From contig JBDRLQ010000003.1 in assembly GCA_043812915.1 (NCBI GenBank), positions 61,870 through 125,869 on the forward strand: DNA of 64,000 nucleotides. The letters run 5' to 3'. The notes under the pieces are model-generated. The model did not search any database, was not told where the DNA came from, and was given only the letters and a program-made list of their open reading frames with translations. Positions 55,704 to 64,000 of this stretch are shown piece after piece (positions within the stretch are counted from its first letter, which is position 1; every line of letters begins with the position of its first letter). The position numbers and the translations under genes were made by a program. Source of the DNA: Candidatus Micrarchaeota archaeon. Its GTDB lineage: Archaea > Micrarchaeota > Micrarchaeia > Anstonellales > Bilamarchaeaceae.

Positions 55704-55799
55704 ATGGAAGAATACGAACTTGAATTATCTGAGGATGATGAAAAGCTGCTCAAGGAGATAAGAAGCTGCAGGGCGAGGGAAGCCGGCATAGTCTGCTAG
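55704..55799 (+). CDS. putative 31-aa small protein
   Basis: GGTGGT RBS then MEEYELELSEDDEKLLKEIRSCRAREAGIVC. Confidence 0.35.
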   Translation: MEEYELELSEDDEKLLKEIRSCRAREAGIVC

Positions 55800-56374
55800 C
55801 GCGCTCTGCGTTCCTTTCCCCACTCAACTATCAGTGCGTGGAATTCCTTGTACATGCCAAGGCTTTTCGGAAGGTTTGATTCAAAGAACTCCTGGTAGTC
55901 CTCATAGTTCTTCCCCTCGAAGAGCCCGTGGTGGGCGCAGAATCTCCTAGTGTACGCGTCTATGACAAACACTCTCAAATCAAAGGCGTAAAGGATTATG
56001 GAATCCGCAGTTTCCTTTCCCACCCCATTCACCGAAAGTAGCTCTGCCCTAAGGTCATCCGCCTTCCACTTCTTTTTCCTAATTTCTAGGTATTTTTTGG
56101 TGAGCAGTTTCAGCCTCTCCGCCTTCTGTCTGAAGAATCCGCTCGGCCTTATCAGGCTCTCGAACCTTCCTCTGGGCATGGAAAGAACCTTTTTCGGATC
56201 CATGCACTTGGCCTTCTTTAAGTTTGCAATCGCAATCCCTACGTTCTTCCAGTTCGTGTTCTGGGTCAGCAGCGCCCCCACAACGACCTCATACCTTGAA
56301 TCCGCAGGCCACCAGTGCTGGCGCCCGTGTTCCTTCAGAAGCTTTTGGTAGAGGTTTTTCAGCCTTTTTTTCAT
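55796..56374 (-). CDS. HhH-GPD endonuclease III-related protein (no Fe-S cluster)
   Basis: WWP, LTQNT.W.NV, GVGKETADSI.LYA, FVIDAYTRR. Confidence 0.92.
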   Translation of the reverse strand: MKKRLKNLYQKLLKEHGRQHWWPADSRYEVVVGALLTQNTNWKNVGIAIANLKKAKCMDPKKVLSMPRGRFESLIRPSGFFRQKAERLKLLTKKYLEIRKKKWKADDLRAELLSVNGVGKETADSIILYAFDLRVFVIDAYTRRFCAHHGLFEGKNYEDYQEFFESNLPKSLGMYKEFHALIVEWGKERRAR

Positions 56375-56427
56375 GGAGATCAACCTGCAGATAAGTCTTT
56401 TAAAAACATGGCTGCTGAAACCTGTGC

Positions 56428-57510
56428 ATGCAGAACCTGAGTATATTTGAACCCTATGTTGGAAGTGAAATGATAACACAATTGAATGCCATTGACCCCG
56501 TAACAGTCTCAATCGGCTTTCTCGTGCTCTCGTTTATTGTCGCGACGGTAGTGCTTACTATCCTCAAGATGATTACAAGGCAGGTCGCAAAAAGGACGAA
56601 GACCGATCTGGACGATAAGCTTCTGGAAGCTATGCAGACGCCTTTATTCAGAATCATAATCGTATTCGGCCTGTACCTTGCGGTCATGAACCTTGAGCTG
56701 GAAGGCGGGATTGTGGACATTGCGCTAAAGCTCATACTTACGATAGCCTACCTCGTCACTATCGGCTTTGTCGTAAAGATAATCAATGTCCTGATAATGG
56801 ACGGGCTAAGCAAGTTCGCGGACAAGACTGACAGCACCCTTGACGATGAGATAATCCCGATATTCCACAAGACCTTGGTCGTTGTGACCTGGGCATTTGG
56901 CGTGATAATGATTCTGGGCGTCTGGGGGGTGGATGTGGCACCGTTCCTTGCCGGGCTTGGAATTGCGGGCTTGGCAGTGTCATTCGCGCTGCAGCCGACA
57001 CTATCCAATGTCTTTTCGGGGGTTTCCCTGATTATCGACAAGACCTTCAGGGTCGGCGACAAGATTCAGCTCGATTCAGGGGAAGTGGGAGAGGTTTATG
57101 AAATCTCCCTCCGGAGCACCAGGATAAAGACATATGACAACGAGATTATCGTGCTTCCCAATGACAACCTGGCAAAGGCCAAAATAAAGAACTACACCCA
57201 GCCGGACCACAGGGTGCGTGTTGTTGTGAACTTCGGCGTCGAATATGGCAATGACCCATCCAAGGTCATCAAGCTGATTGAGGGCTCCATAAAGAATGAT
57301 GTGAAAGGAATCCTGGATGATCCAGCAGTATCGGTCGTCTTCACAGAGATGGCCAGTTCATCCCTGAACTTCAGCGCGAGGTTCTGGGTGCCCAACTACC
57401 AGGATGCCTATGACAAGAAGCTCGAGGCCACCAGCCTCATCTACAACGAGCTCAACAAGGCAAAAATCGGGATACCGTTCCCGACACAGACGGTGCATCT
57501 CAAGAAGTAG
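56428..57510 (+). CDS. mscS: small-conductance mechanosensitive channel
   Basis: LAGLGIAGLAVSFALQ, FRVGD.I, LRSTRIKT, IPFPTQ. Confidence 0.95.
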   Translation: MQNLSIFEPYVGSEMITQLNAIDPVTVSIGFLVLSFIVATVVLTILKMITRQVAKRTKTDLDDKLLEAMQTPLFRIIIVFGLYLAVMNLELEGGIVDIALKLILTIAYLVTIGFVVKIINVLIMDGLSKFADKTDSTLDDEIIPIFHKTLVVVTWAFGVIMILGVWGVDVAPFLAGLGIAGLAVSFALQPTLSNVFSGVSLIIDKTFRVGDKIQLDSGEVGEVYEISLRSTRIKTYDNEIIVLPNDNLAKAKIKNYTQPDHRVRVVVNFGVEYGNDPSKVIKLIEGSIKNDVKGILDDPAVSVVFTEMASSSLNFSARFWVPNYQDAYDKKLEATSLIYNELNKAKIGIPFPTQTVHLKK

Positions 57511-57541
57511 TCTCTTTTTTTTTCCTTCTCTTTTTTATTAT

Positions 57542-58858
57542 TCAGAGCGTTTTGGGGGTCAAGTCATTGCGCTTGCTTGCGCACTCATCCCTCATTATCT
57601 CAACAGCCTGTTTTTGGGTGAGCACAATCTCATTGTTCTTCTCAAGAATGGCGAGATACTCCAGGCAGAACGGGTTGTCCCTGTAAGCGCCTGTGCACCT
57701 TGAGTCGAGCGTGCCGAGGGCCTCCATCATGTCCCCGAGCTCCCTCGCCTGCTCCCTGATGTCCGGGGAATGGGGGAAGGGTATGAGCGGAATTTTCTCA
57801 TCCTTGCCTTTTTTCTTCAGCTCCCCGACTGCCTGCCCGAAGGCCTCGGAGGCGACCTCCTTCGTGACGATTCCCGCGTTCGCGAGCATCGCGTAGTATG
57901 TGCCTGCAATCTCCAGCATTTCCGAAGCTGTCGCAACCGGCTCGTCAGCCCTTTCGATTCTCCGGACAGCCAGCATTTGCGGCATGTGCCTGCCCCAGGG
58001 CTCCCTACACTGCACAAGCGGCAGCGCGCTCATACCGAGCCCGCGCCCGAGGAACATAAGCCTGCCAAGCGTCTGCTTCACCTTCTCCTGATTCTCAAGG
58101 CGCGGGTATTCAGTCGTGAGCATCACGTAGTCCAGCTTCATCTTCTCAGCACTGCCAAGGAGCGCCGATACCAACGCGCAGTACAATAGCTGGTGGAAAT
58201 ACTTCCTTTTCATCACCTTTTCGCTGAGGGAGCTGTGGAGGATGATTACGCTGTTCTTTCCACCCGAGCTAAACAGGAATCCATCTGTCGAGCCAAGCGC
58301 GTTTCCCTTGGAATCCTTCGCCAGCACCATCGCGTATTTCATCCTGTTGCTGCCGAAGGCCCCTGGAAGGAAGTCGCTAACGCTTTGCCGCCTTATATCC
58401 CCGTAGAAAATCCTGTTCGAGCCGAGCATGAGCTTCTGGTTCCGGTCGTCGGTGAAGGGCCCTTCCTTGTAATTGGCGGAAATGAGGTCATGCGCCGCGT
58501 CGAAGTTCCTGCAGCCGTATGCGAAGAACGAGAGGCATCCAATGCCTTCTTCCCCGGTTTCCTTCTCAAGGATGGCATGGTCCTCCCATCTTGGGAGCGC
58601 CCAGTATGCGGGCTTCACGGGGTTTGCGCAGGGGACTTCCCTCACCCCGACATGCTCCTCATGCTTGCCCGGCCACACGCCGAGCGGAGCCGGAGCCTTT
58701 TCCGGATGCGGGACCCTTCCCTTTGCCGCCATCTTTTTTGCGGGCTTTCTTTTAGCAGGCGCATTCTTTACGCTCTTCTTTGCAATTGCCCTGGGCTTCC
58801 GCTTGCCGGGTCCTTTCACGGAAGTCTTCTTTTTCTTAGCAGCCTGCTTTTTCGCCAT
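57542..58858 (-). CDS. hypothetical protein with histone-H1-like K/A/P N-terminus
   Basis: 438-codon ORF; alpha/beta core of unknown family. Confidence 0.7.
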   Translation of the reverse strand: MAKKQAAKKKKTSVKGPGKRKPRAIAKKSVKNAPAKRKPAKKMAAKGRVPHPEKAPAPLGVWPGKHEEHVGVREVPCANPVKPAYWALPRWEDHAILEKETGEEGIGCLSFFAYGCRNFDAAHDLISANYKEGPFTDDRNQKLMLGSNRIFYGDIRRQSVSDFLPGAFGSNRMKYAMVLAKDSKGNALGSTDGFLFSSGGKNSVIILHSSLSEKVMKRKYFHQLLYCALVSALLGSAEKMKLDYVMLTTEYPRLENQEKVKQTLGRLMFLGRGLGMSALPLVQCREPWGRHMPQMLAVRRIERADEPVATASEMLEIAGTYYAMLANAGIVTKEVASEAFGQAVGELKKKGKDEKIPLIPFPHSPDIREQARELGDMMEALGTLDSRCTGAYRDNPFCLEYLAILEKNNEIVLTQKQAVEIMRDECASKRNDLTPKTL

Positions 58859-58889
58859 GGCACATAAAAGAAGGTAAAAGATAAAAGTA

Positions 58890-60107
58890 TTATGCTGCCT
58901 GCTCCCTCATTTTTCCATTGAGTTCGGGGTTGTGGTGAATGGCCTCCTCAATCAAAGGGAAGTTCTGAGAGGTAACAATCCTTGTCTGGGCCGCACTATG
59001 TATTAATCCCATATCAAATATCTCGCCCGGCTCCATTCCGTAGAATCGACTGCAGAGTTTCCGCAGCTCCTTGAATGCCCACCTGCGCAACACAGTCTCA
59101 TCCTCAAGGAGGGCCACCAGCCCGAGCCTGTCAATGTCACGGTCAAAAGAGGACAGGTCGAACTCAAGGTCAATGTCTTTCCTATCTGTCAGCATGCGGA
59201 AGGCCAGGCCGGAATTGAGGAAACATGCCTGGATAAGGTAAGCGAAAAGTTCCCTGTGCACATCAGTTAGCGTAAACCATCTCTCATCTGCATTCGGCAG
59301 CGCCCTATTCGCTTTCCTCTCAAGCAGGTGGGCCAGCTCATGCACTTTTGCCGAGCGCAGGTGAAGGTCGGCAATGTCCATTACCGCCGCTTCGGGGGTG
59401 TCGCTTCTTTCCTTGATTTCCCTGTACTCATCCAGAAGCTTCCTGTCTGACCACATACGCAGAACTTCGGCAGTGCTGACATCTGGAAGGTCAATTATCC
59501 CAGAAATGATTTCATCAATCTTGCGCTCCATCGGCTCGTCCTTCCAGCATGCGAATTGCGCTTCCAGGGACATTCTATTAAGGTTGATGAGCGGGGAGAG
59601 CCAGAGCCTGAACATCTCGGTCATCTCCTCTATTGCAGCAGTCGCATAAACCACTGCCGAATCTATTCCGGCACTGTGATCCAGCGTGACCCTCCCGGAA
59701 TACACGTTCTTATCACTCTCATTAATCTCGCCAAGTACAATAAGGACTGGAACATCTCCAACCATGTCCGAATTTATTACAATTCCGGAGCTGTTTGGCC
59801 TGTTGAAGTCCGCGAATACTCCATGCTCAAGCATGCAAATCTGGCTGAACATTGCGACATCGACCGGGTCTTCATGCATCTGGTATACCCTTCTGATATC
59901 ATCAGCAAAAGACTCATCCGCTTCGTTGAGCGCGCCGATGAATCTCTCTTTCATCCCCTGCCCGCTCTTAAAGAACCTGAGGGCCTCCAGCTTCCTTTGT
60001 TCCTGCCCTGAGATAATCCCTCGGCGCACAAGCTGGTCGTACCTGAATTCCTTTCTAGCCAATGGTTTTTTGCAGTACCTATATACTGCTGGAAGGTCGA
60101 TTGCCAC
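58890..60107 (-). CDS. hypothetical protein with HExxH zincin-like motif
   Basis: VHELAHL followed by HRELFAY (candidate third ligand Glu). Confidence 0.65.
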   Translation of the reverse strand: MAIDLPAVYRYCKKPLARKEFRYDQLVRRGIISGQEQRKLEALRFFKSGQGMKERFIGALNEADESFADDIRRVYQMHEDPVDVAMFSQICMLEHGVFADFNRPNSSGIVINSDMVGDVPVLIVLGEINESDKNVYSGRVTLDHSAGIDSAVVYATAAIEEMTEMFRLWLSPLINLNRMSLEAQFACWKDEPMERKIDEIISGIIDLPDVSTAEVLRMWSDRKLLDEYREIKERSDTPEAAVMDIADLHLRSAKVHELAHLLERKANRALPNADERWFTLTDVHRELFAYLIQACFLNSGLAFRMLTDRKDIDLEFDLSSFDRDIDRLGLVALLEDETVLRRWAFKELRKLCSRFYGMEPGEIFDMGLIHSAAQTRIVTSQNFPLIEEAIHHNPELNGKMREQAA

Positions 60108-60141
60108 GTATGTATTAGCGCAGGAAAAGCTTATAAAAGTG

Positions 60142-60369
60142 TCAGGAATTTGAACTTGGTGGCTCCCTCAGGCCTCTCCGGACCTCTTCTACAAAAACTT
60201 TGAGCTCCTGCTGGAATCTCGTCGGTGGACTTGGGGGTACATCTCTCCTTTCTTCAATCCTTTTCCTTGCTATCTCCCGAAGCTTTTGGAACATCGCGCC
60301 TTTTTGGAGCGGGTCGCTGGGGCGGCCGTTCTTCTCGCCTTTGGGTGTACTGGAGGGTGGCTTGTGCAT
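60142..60369 (-). CDS. small hypothetical basic protein
   Basis: Short ORF filling the intergenic gap; no motif. Confidence 0.4.
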   Translation of the reverse strand: MHKPPSSTPKGEKNGRPSDPLQKGAMFQKLREIARKRIEERRDVPPSPPTRFQQELKVFVEEVRRGLREPPSSNS

Positions 60370-60446
60370 TGCTATCAACTTTTTGGGATACTGGTGAGTT
60401 TCCCACGTTGATGAACTTTAAAAACTTATGCACGGTTTTTCCGTTT

Positions 60447-60692
60447 TCAGAACGCAATTCCAAGAATTTTTAAGAGAACGACCAGCAAAAGGCCCGGCAG
60501 CCCTCCGATTGCGACTATCAGTATGCTGAAGATGTTCACATCAATGCCCAGCCCGAATACCGCGTTCAATATCCAGAGCACAATCAGCGCAACAAAGGAG
60601 TTCAGAATAAGGGGCCCGAATCTCTTGAGCATCTTGATTGCGACAACAGCAAACAGAATGACGAGTATCAGGAGGATTATCTCAGCTAGCAT
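60447..60692 (-). CDS. pro-sigmaK processing inhibitor BofA family membrane protein
   Basis: LILNS...L.ILN...GIDVN.FSIL.VAIGGLPG pattern. Confidence 0.8.
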   Translation of the reverse strand: MLAEIILLILVILFAVVAIKMLKRFGPLILNSFVALIVLWILNAVFGLGIDVNIFSILIVAIGGLPGLLLVVLLKILGIAF

Positions 60693-60784
60693 AGTCTCAC
60701 AGAGCGCATACTCCAACAAAGAATTAAAACCAAACTGCTTTTCGGGCAATTTGCATAGTTTTTTATGAGGTATGTGATAAGAAA

Positions 60785-61750
60785 ATGTCGTTGGTGTCAT
60801 TAATGGCAATGATCGCTCCTTCTATGGACGAGGGCAAAAGGCGCCTGAGGCATGAGGCGCTGCGCCCACCCAGAACAATCCCTGATTCCAGGAGGGTTTC
60901 AGTCTCAGGGCCGCGCGCAGTCCTCAGGAGGGCATCATTCTTTTTCCTAAACGGCAAGATTGGCGAGGCGGAAAGCCGGCTCAGGATGATTGTGCAGGAG
61001 ATGCCGAAACTAAAGCTGCCAAGAAGGATGCTGGCGGAAATCTATTGCAGGGAGGGAGAAACCAGGAAAGCACAGTTCCTCTTTGGCCGCCTGTGCAATT
61101 GTGGCATTTTTGACAAGGACATCGGACTGATGCTTATCAAGGCCGCCTATCGCGAAGGCAACCTGAGGCTTGCGGATTCGGTTTTCCAGAAGCTCTGCGA
61201 TGAAAAAGAGACTGACATATTCTGGCGCCCCCATCCAACAGACATCCTCACGGGCAAGGAATATCCTGCCCTGATAGCAATGAGCTCTGAAAGCGGGGAT
61301 TTGGGGAAGGCCAGGAGATATTTCGAGCATGCTGCCTGCAACTGCCTCCTGAGCGCACGGACCTTCGCGAGTATTATATCAGCTTGCGGCCGGGCAGGAG
61401 ATGTTATTAGCGCCGAAAAACTCCACCAGCTTTCAGTCGACAGCCGGATGGACAGCAGGGGCGTCCACAAGGCGATGCTGGAGGTATATAGGGAAGCTGG
61501 GGATATCGGAAATGCCCTTGCGGTTCTCGACATCATGTTCTCCCGCCGTGTGCTTGATGTTTCATCCATTGTTGAGATGGCCGTCTACTGCATCTCCAGA
61601 AAGGAGTTCGGGAATGCGCTTGTCGCTCTTGAATTGGGGCACTATGCGAAGATGATTCAGGATCCGGACTTGGCGCTGGACCTGCTGCGCTTTCCGGTAA
61701 CTCTCTGGCCCACCCCTCCCCGTTCAGGGAGGTTTGCTTCGACTGGCTGA
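60785..61750 (+). CDS. pentatricopeptide-repeat (PPR)-like protein
   Basis: 35-aa-spaced repeats YPALIAMSSESGDL.KA...F / FASIISACGRAGDV.SA / HKAMLEVYREAGDI.NA. Confidence 0.7.
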   Translation: MSLVSLMAMIAPSMDEGKRRLRHEALRPPRTIPDSRRVSVSGPRAVLRRASFFFLNGKIGEAESRLRMIVQEMPKLKLPRRMLAEIYCREGETRKAQFLFGRLCNCGIFDKDIGLMLIKAAYREGNLRLADSVFQKLCDEKETDIFWRPHPTDILTGKEYPALIAMSSESGDLGKARRYFEHAACNCLLSARTFASIISACGRAGDVISAEKLHQLSVDSRMDSRGVHKAMLEVYREAGDIGNALAVLDIMFSRRVLDVSSIVEMAVYCISRKEFGNALVALELGHYAKMIQDPDLALDLLRFPVTLWPTPPRSGRFASTG

Positions 61751-61837
61751 TTTTTGATATACTTTTTCCAGGAACTAGGAAAGGATTATAACTCTCGCTG
61801 CGGTAGTGGAGTAACAGGTGTTGTTGTGCTTTTTGAG

Positions 61838-62608
61838 ATGATTGTGCAGACTTTTCTCGGTATTTTGGCAGTCTACTTCTCCCTCATTCTTCTTGGGACC
61901 AGAAAGCCCTGGAAGATGATTCTTGGCATTGTCCTTATGGCAGGAGGCCTTGCTTTCACCCTGGATGCTGGCGAGTTCCTGATGTGGCTTCTCGGTTATG
62001 TGCCGGCTATGGGCGTGGTGAAGTCGTTCCTTGCCTCGGCCTTCCCGATAGTTGTCGCCGGCTCGTTCCTGGCGTGGCTGGCATATGTCTTCCTTGCGTA
62101 CATATCAAGGCTGAGCACCCTTCGCATCCTCTGGGCGGCGTTCACATCAAAGGCCCCGAGCAGGGCTGACCACCTGGAAGCCGCGAAGAACAATGCCCTC
62201 AAGGACCAGTTCTTCTGGCTTGTCGCATCATTCGTTGTTGTTCTAATCGGCCTGATAATAAGCATCCAGATCTGGACGCGTATCGATACGTTTTACACGA
62301 ACAGCTCGGTTCTAATAATCGCGCTCGTCTGGGCGTATGTAATCCCGCCGCTGGTAATCCACACCTGGCTACGGAAGCCTGATGAGATAAATGCATTGAA
62401 AGAGCTCAAGAATTTCCAGGGTCTGCCCGTCAATAAGATATCCGATTACAAGGAGCTTATCGCAGTTATGGACGAGATAAAAGACGAGCGCTTGAAATTG
62501 CGCCTGGATGAGATAATCGTTGACGGCTTGAGCAAGGCCCTCATCGACAGCTCGGATTCGAAATCGCAGAAACCAGAAGCTAAGAAACCAAAGCCCGAGA
62601 ACCGCTAG
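61838..62608 (+). CDS. multi-pass membrane protein, unknown function
   Basis: About 6 hydrophobic segments; start uncertain. Confidence 0.7.
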   Translation: MIVQTFLGILAVYFSLILLGTRKPWKMILGIVLMAGGLAFTLDAGEFLMWLLGYVPAMGVVKSFLASAFPIVVAGSFLAWLAYVFLAYISRLSTLRILWAAFTSKAPSRADHLEAAKNNALKDQFFWLVASFVVVLIGLIISIQIWTRIDTFYTNSSVLIIALVWAYVIPPLVIHTWLRKPDEINALKELKNFQGLPVNKISDYKELIAVMDEIKDERLKLRLDEIIVDGLSKALIDSSDSKSQKPEAKKPKPENR

Positions 62609-62650
62609 GGTCTTATTTTTATTGCGCGCAGTCCCTTAAGGGGAATTACT

Positions 62651-63274
62651 ATGGCAGCTTTTGAGGAATTTCTGAAGGAATATTTCAAGGCCATCGAGGC
62701 TGGGGACAAGGAGTTCGTTAAGAAGGTCTATTCGGACTGGCTCGAGACCTCAGGCATGGTTCCAGAGGATAAAATGGACTTTTTCCTGAGCGCGGTCTTT
62801 GGCGATCTGAAGCAGATGGTTGGTGCCAAGCTTGTCAAGACAGAAAATATCGATGATTTTAATGTCGCCCATTACAAGGATGAGAATGGGGAATTCACCC
62901 TTTCTTTCATGAAGAAGGACGGCTCCTGGGTGTTCTTCAACGAGAGGTCGAACTTTTCCTTGTTCAAGAGGGCGTACGCAATCAACTACAATGTCAAGGG
63001 CGGCAGGCTGAGGATTCTTTTCAACGGGAAGAGGTTCCCCCTCATTTCAGATATTGAGGATGGTAGGAACGGGGTGATAACGCTAATCAACTGCGCCCTC
63101 AAGCCAGGTGAAAACGAGGTTATACTGCAGTCCTTGGACGGCACTTCGTTAGAGGTTTCGCTGCAGATAAGCAGCGGCAAGGTAGGGGAAGTGATGAATA
63201 GCGCCCAGGGCGATAGCCTTGATTACAATGGCAGAGTGAAGGAGCCTGTCGTTCTCAAGTTCAAGGCCGAGTAG
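62651..63274 (+). CDS. hypothetical two-domain protein
   Basis: 207-codon ORF; NTF2-like N-half (F.K.DGSW) and beta-rich C-half (LKPGENEV). Confidence 0.65.
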   Translation: MAAFEEFLKEYFKAIEAGDKEFVKKVYSDWLETSGMVPEDKMDFFLSAVFGDLKQMVGAKLVKTENIDDFNVAHYKDENGEFTLSFMKKDGSWVFFNERSNFSLFKRAYAINYNVKGGRLRILFNGKRFPLISDIEDGRNGVITLINCALKPGENEVILQSLDGTSLEVSLQISSGKVGEVMNSAQGDSLDYNGRVKEPVVLKFKAE

Positions 63275-64000
63275 CCTTCTCTTTCTTTCTTTTGCTTGAT
63301 ATAAGGAACAGCGCGAGCCCTATGGCAATTACGAGCATTTCCATCAGCCACAGTTCCAATTCGAAGCTAAGAAGCATGAACAGGGATGAGATTATGCCAA
63401 GCCATGCCAGGATTGGAACCCCCGCAACTCTCGGGCTTGTGAACTGCCTCCCGAGCTTCTTTCCTGCAAGGCCTATAAGGGCCGCATTCACCGCGACATA
63501 CGCTATGAACACGCCTAGGTCGGTCAGCTGCGCGATAGTCTTTATGTTTCCTGACAGCGCGATTACTGCCGCAGCAACTGCCACAAGGAGGATGGAATAC
63601 CTGGGCGTTCCATGTGAATCTGTTTCTGAGAATAGCTTTGGAAGAGAGCTGCTGCTTGCCATCCCATAAAGAATCCTGGATGCAGCGATGAGGAAGATGA
63701 GGACAGTGTTTCCTGTCGCGAACAGCGCTATCACTGAAAGGGTATACGCATATCCTCCGAGCCCTCTTGCGACAACTTCAGTCAAAGGCGCGTCCGACTG
63801 CGCAAGGGCAGAGGCTCCAACTTCATCAACCGCGGCAATTGAGACTAGGACATACAGTATCGTAGAGACTACCAGAGAAAGTATCAGGGCAATCGGGACA
63901 TTCCTCCTGCTGTCCTTCACTTCTTCGGCTAAATTGGCGATATTCTCGAATCCGATGTATGCGAAGAATATCACTCCTATGGCGCCAATCACCCCTGCCC
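63261..64000 (-). CDS. APC family amino acid permease, 5'-partial
   Basis: FFAYIGFE....AEE, SRILYGMA, LP.LF. Confidence 0.93.
   Translation of the reverse strand, partial: AGVIGAIGVIFFAYIGFENIANLAEEVKDSRRNVPIALILSLVVSTILYVLVSIAAVDEVGASALAQSDAPLTEVVARGLGGYAYTLSVIALFATGNTVLIFLIAASRILYGMASSSSLPKLFSETDSHGTPRYSILLVAVAAAVIALSGNIKTIAQLTDLGVFIAYVAVNAALIGLAGKKLGRQFTSPRVAGVPILAWLGIISSLFMLLSFELELWLMEMLVIAIGLALFLISSKRKKEKATRP

Noticed and set aside
1-64000. CRISPR array, rRNA or DGR repeats
   Set aside because: No regularly spaced direct repeats, rRNA-like sequence or reverse transcriptase seen by eye.

Overview
Archaeal chromosomal window, probably from a DPANN-type archaeon such as Micrarchaeota (inferred from gene content and many orphan genes; not proven). 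The left half is mostly housekeeping. It contains PadR, an AK6-type kinase, scpB, tRNA-Ser(UGA), purA, the exosome superoperon (SBDS, rrp4, rrp41, rrp42, rpl37ae, rpoP, Brix, pcc1, pfdB, DHH), DsbA, ThpR, PmbA/TldD, LonB, csl4-rpoL, signal peptidase, rdgB-rps15-rps3ae-nac and rtcA. The dominant feature is one 21-kb minus-strand gene encoding a ~7,060-aa protein that is almost lysine-free (about 7 Lys by my count). It has a central hydrophobic segment, several internal repeat families, a PI3K/HipA-like atypical kinase domain and a C-terminal HExxH zincin domain, and it is coupled to a small upstream gene. This is a candidate giant contact-dependent effector or toxin system. Other notable items: a signal-peptide-bearing beta-barrel-like protein next to nucleoside salvage genes, a cysteine-free Rpo12 missed by the ORF track, a PPR-like protein, and a tnpB/omegaRNA remnant. 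All domain calls are by eye and need HMM or structure confirmation.
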